NCBI GenBank assembly: GCA_002189035.1
Contig: CM007992.1
Span: 3,534,001-3,598,000 of the forward strand
Direction of reading: 5' to 3'
Source of the DNA: Utricularia gibba
Lineage: Eukaryota > Plantae > Magnoliophyta
Length of the DNA: 64,000 nt
The notes under the pieces are model-generated. The model saw nothing but the letters and a program-made list of their open reading frames with translations, was not told the DNA's origin and made no database searches. The position numbers and the translations under genes were made by a program. Below, piece by piece: positions 23,788 through 37,400 of the stretch (its first letter is position 1; the number at the start of each line of letters is the position of its first letter).

Positions 23788-24612
23788 ATTATTCGATGGA
23801 ACGAACCGAGGCGCTGAAGAAGACAAGGAAGGAGAGATAACGACATTCACAGGGAGGAAGCTTGCTTATAAAGAAGTCCGAAACGATGAAGTCATGCGTG
23901 TCAAACGCAGAGGAGTTTCAAACTTGAAAAATGGGATGGGATTCTCTGTTTCAAACTCAACTTGAAATTTAACTCAAAAAAGACTTTTTTTCCGGCATTA
24001 TGACCATGTAATCATCCCCTTTACGATATTATCGGTTTTGAGATGCATATTTGACTTTAGAGATCATCATAGCCTACGGTATCGCATGCTCTGTAAACCC
24101 AGTGCTCATCTGCGTTTCTATAAGAAATCTATGTATCACAGACATCGCCTTCTTGAAGGAAGTCCTTTTTAGAGGCAGGCTATGGAGGGGGACATGCCAA
24201 GCTTCCTGTTTTCTCAGAGTTTCAGGAGGTTGAGTCTTATCTTGTGATATATGAAACGGCAAAAGAAAGGACTTGCAAAGAGTATCGTTTATCCCTTTCT
24301 GAACTTGAGCCATCCCCACTTCGACAACTCGATTCCCAGAAGCAAATCTGCTAACAGGTGATTAGGCAGAGTTTTGCTGGAACCATGTGGCTTAGTTCAG
24401 CACATATCGTGTGTTTATGTGGTCGAACCCATGAGGTGAATGAGCAGGCGAATATAGAGGCTAGGAATGGAGTAAAGCAGCTACTGGTATCCCACAACTG
24501 ATTACATGTTACAGAGAGTACAACCAAGGAGAAAGCAGGTTGACTTGCACCCTATCTGCTTCTAGTTCCTAGAGTCTATAGTCCTACAACTGGACTCTGA
24601 TTGATCCACGTT

Positions 24613-26150
24613 TCATGAGTTCTCATGGAACCGTATTGATCTGGACAATGCAGCTGGATTTGCCTTCAAAACTGTGGAAGTTTCATTTTCAGGAGCTTCC
24701 TTCTTGTCCTTGGACTGACTCTGGAAGCTTCTGAAGAGGTTGCTGATTCCGCCGGCAGAATAATCCACTCGGTGTTCATAAATCTTGGCAGCATCCAGGG
24801 AGCCATCGGTTTTTAATGATTTTGGAACAGGTTTTACCCTTTCCCTCTGACTGTTCACATCTCTGGGATGCTTTCCTAGAGTTGGGGAATAGGTACTCGG
24901 GCATGGTACAGGTGGAATGATCAAAGGAGAAGTCCATGGCGCAGCTGAGTAAACTTGCAGTGGAAAGCTTCCATAAGCGAATGCAGAAGGGGATGGTGGG
25001 GAGCTCCAGGGAACCGAATGCCATTGGTACGGCCACAGGGATCCAGGAAAGCAAGGAATCTGTGGGAGGCAACTCGGCATCTGTTCCTGCAGACCTTTCC
25101 TTCCTATCACTTCCCCTCTTGAACTGGGAATGGAGGATTCAGATGATGGATCATCTTCTTTACTCGCTGAGTGACCCAAGCTCCCTATTTCTCGAATTCG
25201 ATGGAAGCCATTAGTTGGACTGTTCTCCACTTTTTCATCATCAATATCCAAAGAATACACCGCGGATTCACATGCAGGAGAATGATTTGGATGATCCACT
25301 CCCATCTGAAGACCACCTGGAATTGTTACACGACGGAGCTGCACACCGGAATGCTTAATCTTACGGCGGCCAGCACCAAAGGGAACATTCCTCATGGTGC
25401 CACCAGCAGTCCAGTATCTCTGGCAGCTCTTGCAGAAATGTCTAGGCTGATTGGTGTTGTAGTTGTTGAAGTAACAGAATTTTGTATCTCTGCTATCACA
25501 CCGAGGGCATGGGAGAATCGGCTCCGGTTTCTTCAAAGATCCCTCCGGAGAGACATCTGTCTCGGCCTGGTCTTCAGTTTCAGATGCTACAGAAAGGAAC
25601 CTTGAGCCATCTTCCCCTGGCATCATCACCTCACTCTGTCCTCCCATAATCTGCAGTCGAGTTGATGCATATGAAAACGATTACTACCAGTTTTTTGAGC
25701 ATAAAGACATCCCTGCTTCCAGTAGGAGCAGACACAAGATGAAATCAAAGCAGGGGAACAGAAGAAACTTGAAGCTTAGACACTCATGATATATATTATT
25801 ACAGCTAGGATTCTCAGTTCCAGTGAGTTTTCCCAAATCTCCCAACGCCTCTTAATGATAGCAGCCAGTCAGAATAAATGGAAAAACCGTTACCCCATCA
25901 GATGAATTGAAAACAACGTACCCAAATCACAAAAACGTTCGAACCCATCCATGATCAGTTATGCATCAATAAGAAAAGGGTATCTCCGAAGGAGACCAAT
26001 CGTCACCTTTTCGGACTCCGGGGCTTCCTGATTTGCACTGGAACGCCCATCTTTTGAGGTGGGATAAGCTTCCCGGGTCAGATGGCAGATCTCCGGCAAC
26101 TCAATGGTTTTACCAAAAAGCTTAATTCTTGGATCCTTTACCTCTGGCAT
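24613..26150 (-). CDS. CDF: Cycling Dof factor (CDF-type Dof zinc finger), 2 exons
   Basis: N-terminal IKLFG motif, Dof finger [37 protein letters not shown] and C-terminal [11 protein letters not shown]. Exons 26150-26007 and 25649-24613. Confidence 0.92.
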
Positions 26151-26296
26151 TTTTCGGTTTGACTGCCCCCTTAACGCGCGCTATATAATAATGCAACCTG
26201 CAACACAGAAACGAAATAAAAAGAACCAATTCCCAAGCACCCAAAAAGCACTTTCAGCTTGAGGGATCCGATACAATTGCACGGTCATACACAGGG

Positions 26297-26629
26297 ACGC
26301 GTAACTCTTCGCTTTTGTTGCCGATCAGGTGACGTGGTAGAGGATTTTTGACCTTTTAAGGATCCTGCCACGTTCGCAAGAGAGTCAGCCACCAGTTCCT
26401 TCTCCGCCTTTTGGCTTTTCTCCCTCCTCCTCACCACCCACAATCTCTTCCCTTTGCCTTTACTTTACTTTGTCCTTCCAACACGCACCGCACAGGCGAC
26501 ACCCTCCAAGCATACAAACTCCGGTGATACTTCCCGGGAAATTCGAAATTCCATACGCTTTAATCTCTAACTCACAGCTCTAAGCTTGCCAATCAGGAGA
26601 ACTACCCCACACCACCTCTAAACTTATCC
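26297..26629 (-). promoter_or_regulatory. Light/ABA-type motifs upstream of CDF
   Basis: ACGCGT 26297-26302, TGACGTGG 26330-26337, GCCACGT 26367-26373, CCAAT 26589-26593 and I-box-like CTTATCC 26623-26629. Short motifs only. Confidence 0.35.
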
Positions 26630-27789
26630 AAAAACCACCAACAAACTGATATGGATGATTCCGATTCCAGGATTACTTTGAGAAAGGTTGCGAAGCAGGA
26701 AAAGGAAAAATACAAAAGGCGGCATCAGTAGCAAAAAGCCGAGTCCATTTCTACTCAACTTTTTCACTTTACATCCCATGGCATCTATAGGACCAGCTTT
26801 CTTCTCCTACTTGTGGCTGAGAGAAAAAGAAGCGCTTGCTTTCAGCCACAAACATGGGATTTTTCCTCTCCCCTTTGTTGGATCAAAGGTTTATTCTTTT
26901 GCACCCATTTGGGAGATGATGAAAATGAAGCATTTTCAACATGGGACAACTTAAGTGGAGTCTTGTCTTTTTAAACCCAATCCCCATCTGTATCCTACCC
27001 TTCGGGATGAGCAACGTAATTTTTAATATAATATTTTAATTATTTATATTTAGATAAATATAAGTATTAAAAAAATATTTTTCAATTTAAAATGATATTA
27101 TATTTGATATATATATTTCTAAAAAAGATACTTTTAAAAATATATAATTAAAATGATTATATAATTATTTTACATATCAGTTTTATACTGAATAATATAT
27201 TTGCTATATAAATGCAATTGTTAACATATACGTGTATTTACCACTAAATAAATCTAATATTTTAAATTAATACAAAAAATATAGTAATTAAAATTTATAT
27301 TATTTGTTTATCATTATTTTTATTTTTATTATTATTGGATACAATTTGGGAGAGAAGCCCAATAATAAGTGTGTTGGGTCCACCTTGGAACCGAATGTCC
27401 AAGAGAAGGCTCAGTAATAAATTCCGAAGGGCCCAACTAGGAACTGACCGTACAATTCGGAAGAGAAGCCCATTACTGCGGCACCGTCTAGGCGCCTGCG
27501 ACTCTCTTTCTTAAGGCATCCATCTCTCAGCAAGCGGAAATCAAGGGGAAGTCATAACCCTGGTGGTGGCTCAATGTGTTTTGGTTACTGATCCCAAATC
27601 CTGAGGATTGTTCGTTTTTTTCTGTGTAGTTTTTCAGGTGAAAGGAACTTCTGCAGGTGTGCTCAGATTCTAATACTGATCAATCGACCGATCCATGTTC
27701 TCTGTATTTGGGAGATTCCGCTTTTGGGGAGGTGGGTTTTGTGTCGAATATTGTATCTTGGATTGCCCCGTTGTGCAATTTGAGATCAG

Positions 27790-28369
27790 ATGGTTTGTTT
27801 CTTCACCGCGATCGCGGTTGATCAGCACGTAAGCATGGCGAAATCCGCGAATTTTGTTGTTCAGTGCGTGAAACCTGAGCAGGTCAGTCAGTTCGATAAG
27901 AACAAGAACGCTTCTTTAACTTCCCCTGATCTGTTGGCAGTCCCTGTTTGTGACAAATCGACAAATGCAGGAGTCGATGTTATACTGTTGATTGCTGCTA
28001 TTGGAGCTTTCGGGATCTTGCTTTTCCCCTACGCCAAGCGTTTGGCTTCAGCAGCCCCTGGATTTTCGGATGCTTAGGACACGGGATCTGTTTTGCCGTG
28101 TCCGCTCTCGTGGTGATGATTCTGTGTACAGACACAAGGTGTGAAAAGCAGGATGTCGCGGGCTGAGAAAGTCCCCGGAGTTCGATATTCAGTTGGAGAA
28201 AGCAGACGATTCGAGCAAGAAGCTAAACATCGTAACCAGAACTGAAAAGGGTATCCTGGAATTTCGCCGGGGGCAGCATCCCCAGCCGGAGGCGGAGCTT
28301 AAGAAGATGGCACCGCCGCATGGGAGGGCAGTTCTCGAGCACGCTGCGAAGAGAGTATGGCAAGGCTAA
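27790..28369 (+). pseudogene. At5g19025-like uncharacterised membrane protein, disrupted by at least two -1 frameshifts and a damaged 3' end
   Basis: Frame 1 reads ...PVCDKSTNAGVDVILLIAAIGAFGILLFPY...* (28077). After a shift near 28062-28068: CLGHGICFAVSALVVMILCTDTRCEKQ. After a second shift near 28150: CRGLRKSPEFDIQLE...EAELKKMAPPHGRAVL. The family's terminal FRARCGC motif is absent. Confidence 0.72.
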
Positions 28370-28624
28370 GAAGCAAGAAGAAAACCTCTTCGTCTTCTGT
28401 AATGAGTTACAGTTAAGAGTTATATAGAGCCATGGTGGTGGTGATGGTGAGCGCACATGTTCCAAGTTTAGATTCTGTAATGAATATCTCACATGGAATT
28501 CAGAAGATAACACACAAGGGAAACAATCAGTTGGAACAACAAACAAACAAACAAACGTGCAATGAGAGGAAAAAAGCACACCATTGGCTTAGAGTCTTGA
28601 TTTTCTCAAGGATGCATACCATGC

Positions 28625-30337
<1,713 letters not shown>

Positions 30338-30632
30338 TCAAGAAGAAGAAGAAGAGAATCCCGAGATGCGTCGAGAGGATGAAGAGGCAGTTGGTTTTTA
30401 TGGTGCCTTTTCTTCTCGAGAAGGCGAAACGTAATTTTCAACCAGTGACCGTTGGTTGGCACTCCGTTTTCAATCTTTTGAAAAAATTAATTTAATTTCT
30501 AAAAATATTTATTTTTAGGAGTTAAAAAAAAAGATTTTTTTTTTCAGAAAATATCAAAGGACAGTACAGGCTGGTTGCTCATTTTCCACACATGTTACAA
30601 GAAGAAAGTGGATCTGAGACTGGCTGGAGCTC

Positions 30633-32781
30633 TCATCTCTTCCACCCTGGTTGAACCTTCTTATCTGAAAGAGCAAACATTGCAGATGAAATGGAGAACA
30701 TCCAACAGCAGAACAGACAGGAAGAAGATGGATGGATGTTTGTGTATTGTCACCTTCTCTGGAGGACAGCATTGATCTGCTACTTTTGCTGCTTCCCTTG
30801 CCATCAGGCTGCTGTATCCTGGGAGATAATGAAGTCACGAATTTGCCGTTGAGAGATGAGGGTAAAGAATGGCGGCGAACATGGCCGGATCCTGTTCCAT
30901 CGCCTCCTCGGAGTTTGGAAGATCCTGAAGCTCTAAGCTTGGCTTTTGCGGATTCAGTGGCAGCCATGTAACTTGGCAAGCTTGGTGGGGTGCTCTGTAT
31001 TGCAGTTTCCATGAGCTCTGGCTTTGCGGGGAGCGATCTTCTGTCCTTGATTCTCGGTTTCTGCTCGGCGATGATGCTCGCTTCTTTCGGACTACATTCT
31101 TCGGAGGGAGGCGGATTGAGGCATTGTGCAGCATTAGCATCGGCAGGGTAGAGATCCTTCTGCAACAAACCAGCAGTCTCGCTTACTGAAGCAGCTTCAA
31201 CCCCCTTTGTTTTGGTGTCTGGATCTTCCTCAATTGTCTCTACAGGCTGGGGAGGTTTTGTTGCAATCTGCTGTGGCTTCGGCTTTCCGACGACTGTTTC
31301 GGATATTTTTCGCAAGCTGCGTTTGACTCTCTCCAGCTCATTTTCAGCTTGTTCTTGGACAAGATCACTTCGAAGTTGTGAAGAAACTTCAAGAGAAGCA
31401 AGCACGCCATTATCACCATTTTGCTCACCTTCAGCCCTTCTAAATGTTCTTTTTGACTTCACAGTGTCATTCTCTATCTGCTTTCTGTGAGTCTTCACTG
31501 TGAGAGCATTTCTTGGACGTGGAGGAGGTACCCAAAAGTGAGAAACGGACCATCGTTCGAGCCAGTTCGAAGCCGAATTTGGTGCAGATCTTTCATATTG
31601 AAGAGTTAAAGGCATAGCAGGCGCCACTGCGCCAACAAGCTAGAACAAGGAACAGCTGAGCATCAGCTATTCATTCAAGAACATCTCGGTACATTTTCAG
31701 AGAAGAAATCTCAAGTCAAACCTTACGAATGTATGAATTCGCTGCCAGTTTTTCGATATCGAAACTTGATCGTGTGTCAACATTCCCCTGCACTTTCAAA
31801 AATAATTCAAACTGCCACAGAACACGAAGTGAAGACACCCCATGGTGATAAAAGTACCTGAGTCTCTCTAAATTTATACTTCTTTAGGTCTTTATCTGTG
31901 GAACCAGAGAGACGAACATTTCTTCCACGAACAACAGCCTGCAACTTAACAATTCCATGCATAGAATACAATGTAGCAACAGCCTGTCTGCGAACCAAAT
32001 GTCCATGAATAAGAGCCTGCAGCCTTATGATACCCTTCAGCGCCTGAAAAGCACGACGAGCCTGCAAAATTGAAGGGATATAATACTCATACAGATGGCA
32101 TGGAATCAAACAAAAAATATGAAGAAAAAAGGTGATGCTATGTTCTTCTTTTCTTTTCTTAATACCAAATAGCCCTTGAAGGTTGCTTGGACTATTGCAG
32201 CAGCTTGGTTGCGTCTCTCCGTCTCAGCATCCCTCACTGGAACACAAGATGTTTGCGTCTTCGAACTTTCAGTAATACAAGGTGCAGTATTGCACAGATC
32301 ACCAGGCAAACCGATCTCAAGCCCCGCATTAGATGCTCCATTTTCATTCAACTGGTGAGGAGCTGATATGACTAGAGAATCCTCCACTGGATCCTCTAAC
32401 GTTATCTCTGTACAAGTCTTTTTTTCAGGTGTAGCATTCTGCACAATATAAGTTTATTTGCAAAAACTGGTCAGAGAATTTCAAATTTTCACCCCCCGTT
32501 GAAGTTTACACTCCCAGATTACATCAGAAGAACTTTCACTTTGTTTTCTTTTTTTTTTTCAAAAGGTCATAACTGCTACGAACAGCCCCACATATCAATA
32601 TTGTACTGGCATGGGCAGGATAGAAACAAAAAAACTTTCAGCAAAACCAGAAACACATGGAGCACGGGAACTATTTTCCAAAAGCCCATCTAAGAAAAGT
32701 CAGCACCTTGAGTTTTCTGGATTTAGAATGCTTCTTTCCAAAAAGAACTGCCTTGATCCACCTCCCTGGAGACTTCCCCAT
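30633..32781 (-). CDS. IQD: IQ67-domain (IQD) calmodulin/microtubule-binding protein, IQD28-31-like, 6 coding exons
   Basis: MGKSPGRWIKAVLFGKK, AAAIVQATFKGYL|ARRAFQALKGIIRLQALIHGHLVRRQA, NWLERWS, DUF4005 LPSYMAATESAKAKLR, RRHSLPS and terminal QPGWKR*. Confidence 0.9.
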
Positions 32782-34471
32782 CAACAGTTCACTAAAAGAA
32801 ACCAGTAAACATCAAGGCACAAACTTCTGAAGAAATCAGGAGTTGGGTCATGCTGAAATGTTTGAAAACCCACAAACTGTAACTACCATGAAACTTATAC
32901 AGTAAGATCAGAACAGAGGTGCCCCATACACCGCATGGGCAACCGCCAAGTACCCGAAATAATATAAAAACAGCAAATGTGTAAACAACCCTCAGTAGCT
33001 ACTGCCAGAAAGATCTGCACTCATATGCCCAGAACAAAATGCGAGAACTTACGATGGGCTTTGGCACAATGTAGTTTAGATCTGGTATTTTATACCTCGA
33101 AAGAACTTCTCAAAGCACAAGTTTTACAATCTGATGAAGAACCCCACCCCAGAGATTCAAAATAAAGGGACCTGCCCGTGCCCAGTCAGCTCAGCATTCA
33201 CCGCAATGTGATATAAAGGCAAAAATGAAGAGACAAAAAAAAACCCCTTTCGTCGCAAAGAATTAAATGTGGGTAACTTCTGCGCTTCGAAATGCATCAA
33301 AATAGGCCCCAAGGTCCCTCTTTTCCACCTCGCATTCCTCTTCCGACTTCACTTACACTCCCTCGAGTTGCTCAACGGGAAATACGGCAACGATGATAAC
33401 CGTACAGTTAGAAATGAGAACAGGATATGTGTTTGGTTATAAACAGGATATAATTTGATTTAAATAATATATCGGATTGAAAAATAATTTAAATATTTAA
33501 AAAAATGTATATTAATTGGGCAAATGAATCTATTAAAGCCTTTAAATAAAATTTAACAATTTTAACCATTTAATCAACATAAATAAATAAAACCGTTTAA
33601 TCCAATCATTCAATAATATTCATTTAAACAATATAATTCTAATAAAAATAAGAATTAACAAATGACAACTTAGTCCTTACTGTTTAATCATACCATAGTG
33701 TTTTCAAATCAGATTTGATTCCATTAATACAACTTATAATTAAATCAAAGAATAGATTTAAATTGTGTTAAATGATTACTTTTATTTTTTAAAATATAAA
33801 GAATATTAAATCCGATTTAATTCATTATAAATACACTCAACGCACCTACGGCTAATGGCTATACATACATAATAAACATGTCCACAATCTGGTTGGTGGC
33901 AGTTACCCTCCAAGGCTTTTTCTATATCTCCCCCCTCCAGGGGAAATGAGTTTTAACCACATGGAAACATACCCATCTTTCATCAATGACTTGTCCCCCG
34001 TTGGAATACAGAACATCATGGCGATTTTGCAATATGAGCACTATCACTCAACTTGGGGTAGCCAGGAAAACGAGGGAGAACAATTGTAATAGTATGTATT
34101 GATTTAGTACATTTTAATTTATTTAGAATTAGATGTAGATGATATTATTTTATATACAAAAGTGTCAAAATGACTATATTAATTATAATATACTTTAATA
34201 AATAACCATATTTTCAAAATATATACCCCATAACATATTATATATATAATGACCAGCGTGTATTATTTAACGTAAATAATCTTTTAGGTTTAGTCTAACC
34301 TCTCGTTGTATGACGTCTTATTCACCGTGGCCAAATCCTTCAACGTCCCCGCCTGGTACCTTCATCCATGCCAAACAAAGAAACAGCCTTCATTTTCCCA
34401 GAAAGTGAACACAGAAGGGATAAGATGTGCATCAGGAACCACATTGCAGTGAGCGCTAGAGGTAGTAGTGA

Positions 34472-37400
34472 TTAACCAACCAGGCGTTCCAAAACTGCTG
34501 CGCTTCTAGAGAAGTAGCCGGAGAATCCTTGGGGCATTGGCGGGGGAGGGAAATCTTCTTCCGGCATTGCAAAGGGGCGGATCATCTTCTCCATTGTATC
34601 TAGAGATAGATGTGATCCGGTTTCTTGTAGCCTTTCAGGGCCCATTATAGGCAGTGTGTGCTCCTGCCGGAAAGCAGTAGCCTCACTGTCGTTGCGCTGA
34701 TGAAAAAAGAAAAAAGGAATTTCGCATGAGTAACATGTAACACACATTCACAATGAAATTGAGATGTGGAAGAACTGTACTAGGAAATGTTACCTCCAGA
34801 GGAGACAAATCAGCACCTCTACTGAATGTCATCTCTATGCGGAATCTCTTTGGGTCTTCCAAGGGAACCTGCATTTGATTTAGAATGTTCAGAATGCAGC
34901 AACTTGTCTAGGCAATTAAAGGCAAAGATCCTTGGCGCCTACTTCTGTATTCTCAAACATTCTCAGAACAATGTAGCTCATGTAATCAAGCTCCTTGACC
35001 CTATGCAATCGGTGCAATGCAGTGTCAGAAACCAGGCTTGGTTCTCCTACATGGGACTCATCCAGATTGCAGTAACGAAGAACATTCATGACAGAGTGAA
35101 TGTGGGATTCCTGTCATTTTATAACGATTCGAAGATCAGTAATACGAGGACTGAGGAGGAGGTTATGACAACAGAATGTCAACAGCACAATGAGGCTTAA
35201 AGCTCACCGATGTGAAGTACAGTCTGGTGCGAACATGGCGTTCAGGTGTTTTGACATTTGCGTACCTGAAACCAAGGAGTGGAAGTAAAAAAAAAAGATG
35301 ATATTAAAATGTGGTGATAAGCCATCAAGGAGAAAAATATAAATATTTATACTTGGGGTCAAGACGATATTTAGTTTCTTTGTCGTCATCATCATCTTGA
35401 TCCATCGACCTTTCACTAGTAAAGCTGTTTCTCCTGGAGCCGTTATTTATCCCAGTAGACTTCGAATTATAATCTGGATGCTCTTTCCCATTCTCGGTGC
35501 TATGTATTTCGGACCTGGACTCATGATTGCTCTTTAGTTCTGCTACACTGAGTGCTTCTTCATGTGTATTTCTCAAATCAATCAATATTTTCCCCAGCAA
35601 GCGTCGTGCAATCTGCAGAGATTTGGTTTATCACACGAATGAGTTTTATCGAAAAAGGAGATTCACCTTGGGTCTAAAGGAGCCGAAACCTTAGTGGAAA
35701 GACTACCTTCGACCCAATTTTAAGCTTTTGTCTTGGGTTGATGCCATACTCATTGGGAATAACACCATCCGCAAGAAGCTGCAAGAAAAAATAATCAGAC
35801 ATGCACACTGGCCGCACAAGCTGTAACCTTGAGGACGCTGTTTTTTTTCCTATTTTAATAAAAAGAACCCTGAAGAGATGAATTTATGTTGATGTATGAC
35901 GTGAGTGATCTTTCAGAATGCAGTGGAACCATCCTAAAGCACGAAAGGCTTGCACACCTGTACAACGTTGAAGAGTTCGTCTAAGCATTTCAGGTTCAGA
36001 TGTGCATTATGCAGTAGATCATACCTGTAACGAAACAAAGCAGACAATAATGCACAGTGGATTAATCAAATAACCATGCAAACATGAAGGACTAATGTCT
36101 TACTTGGAAGAATCATAAACGTCAGGGATTTGAGTTATGTCAAACCGCCTGCAAATCTTCTCGAGTTAGAACAAGTTACACACAAAATTTGATCATTTGG
36201 ATTTCAGAGGATAAGTGGAATCATAGCAGACGAGATGCAACATGTGATAAAAGAAAAACTCACCCTTTACGTTCATTATACAGGTCCCGCTCAAGTTTTC
36301 TCCAACGAGCATACATGAGAAGGAACCCCTCACTACCACAAGGCAGTCCTGCCGCGATTCGATCAACATCCATATTTGTTTTGCCAAGTGCTCTGGCCTG
36401 ATCATAGGGGAGAATGACATCATGCGAGCTTGTCTCAGCAAGCTCCTCATCTTCATCCTTAGCTAAAACCCTTACTTGCTCAGTAACCTTCCTAGTCAAA
36501 TCCACCTGATAAAGATGGCGACAATCACCATAAAAAGTTAGTCAAATGAATAGCTATAACACAGCTCATGTATGCAATCACACTGAGTGGGGTTTATTTA
36601 CCAATTTGGGCAAAAGTTCAAATGCATTTGGAGGAAGCCCAGATCCATCAACGATCCATGGCTTTTCCGATTGGAAAAGACTTTTCTCATCTTTTCTTAC
36701 AGATGTAATAAGCTCGTTTAATCTAGCCTGAGAATGCAAATTCTGATGAGGCACATAGAGATAGCCAAGGGAATTAATAAGAAAAACTACTGCTATGCGC
36801 TTACTAAACATTGTTTTGGCATGAATGCAAAATTTCTGTATCAGTTTCAAGGTGTGGAAGTATTTGTAATCATAGCAGGTCAAAATGTGTACTACGTGTG
36901 TTTTAAAACGCTTATTTAGAGGTTTTCAAGAGCAACTGAAAGCCAATAATACGGTAATTCATGTTTTGTAGCTTCTAAAGTCAAAGAGTCACCTTGGCTT
37001 CCCTTATTTCAACTCTGGCATTGTCAAGTCCGTCCAACATGGAGGAGTCCTTGCTGACGAGTGAGACCTAGCCCATCAAGATTTTACACAACTGAATTCA
37101 TAGATATATAAGCTGTGAGAAGAAAAAATGCTTTACCAACCAAAATAGGTGTCAGCTGTCCTTCCAAATCAAGGAGTCCTTTGGCAAAAGCAGCCGCGGA
37201 CATCTAACAATAGTAATAAAAAAATAAAGTTAACAGCCATGAAGCTATTTCAGGTTTAATAAAATCATAAATCCAAGTAGAATTTTGCAGTCAAGTATTT
37301 ATCCAGGGTACATCTGAAGACATTAGACATAGGGGCAATAAACCACCTAACCTGCACACGTCCTTCATCTGAGCTATATATCTTTAGGTCGTGACGGTAT

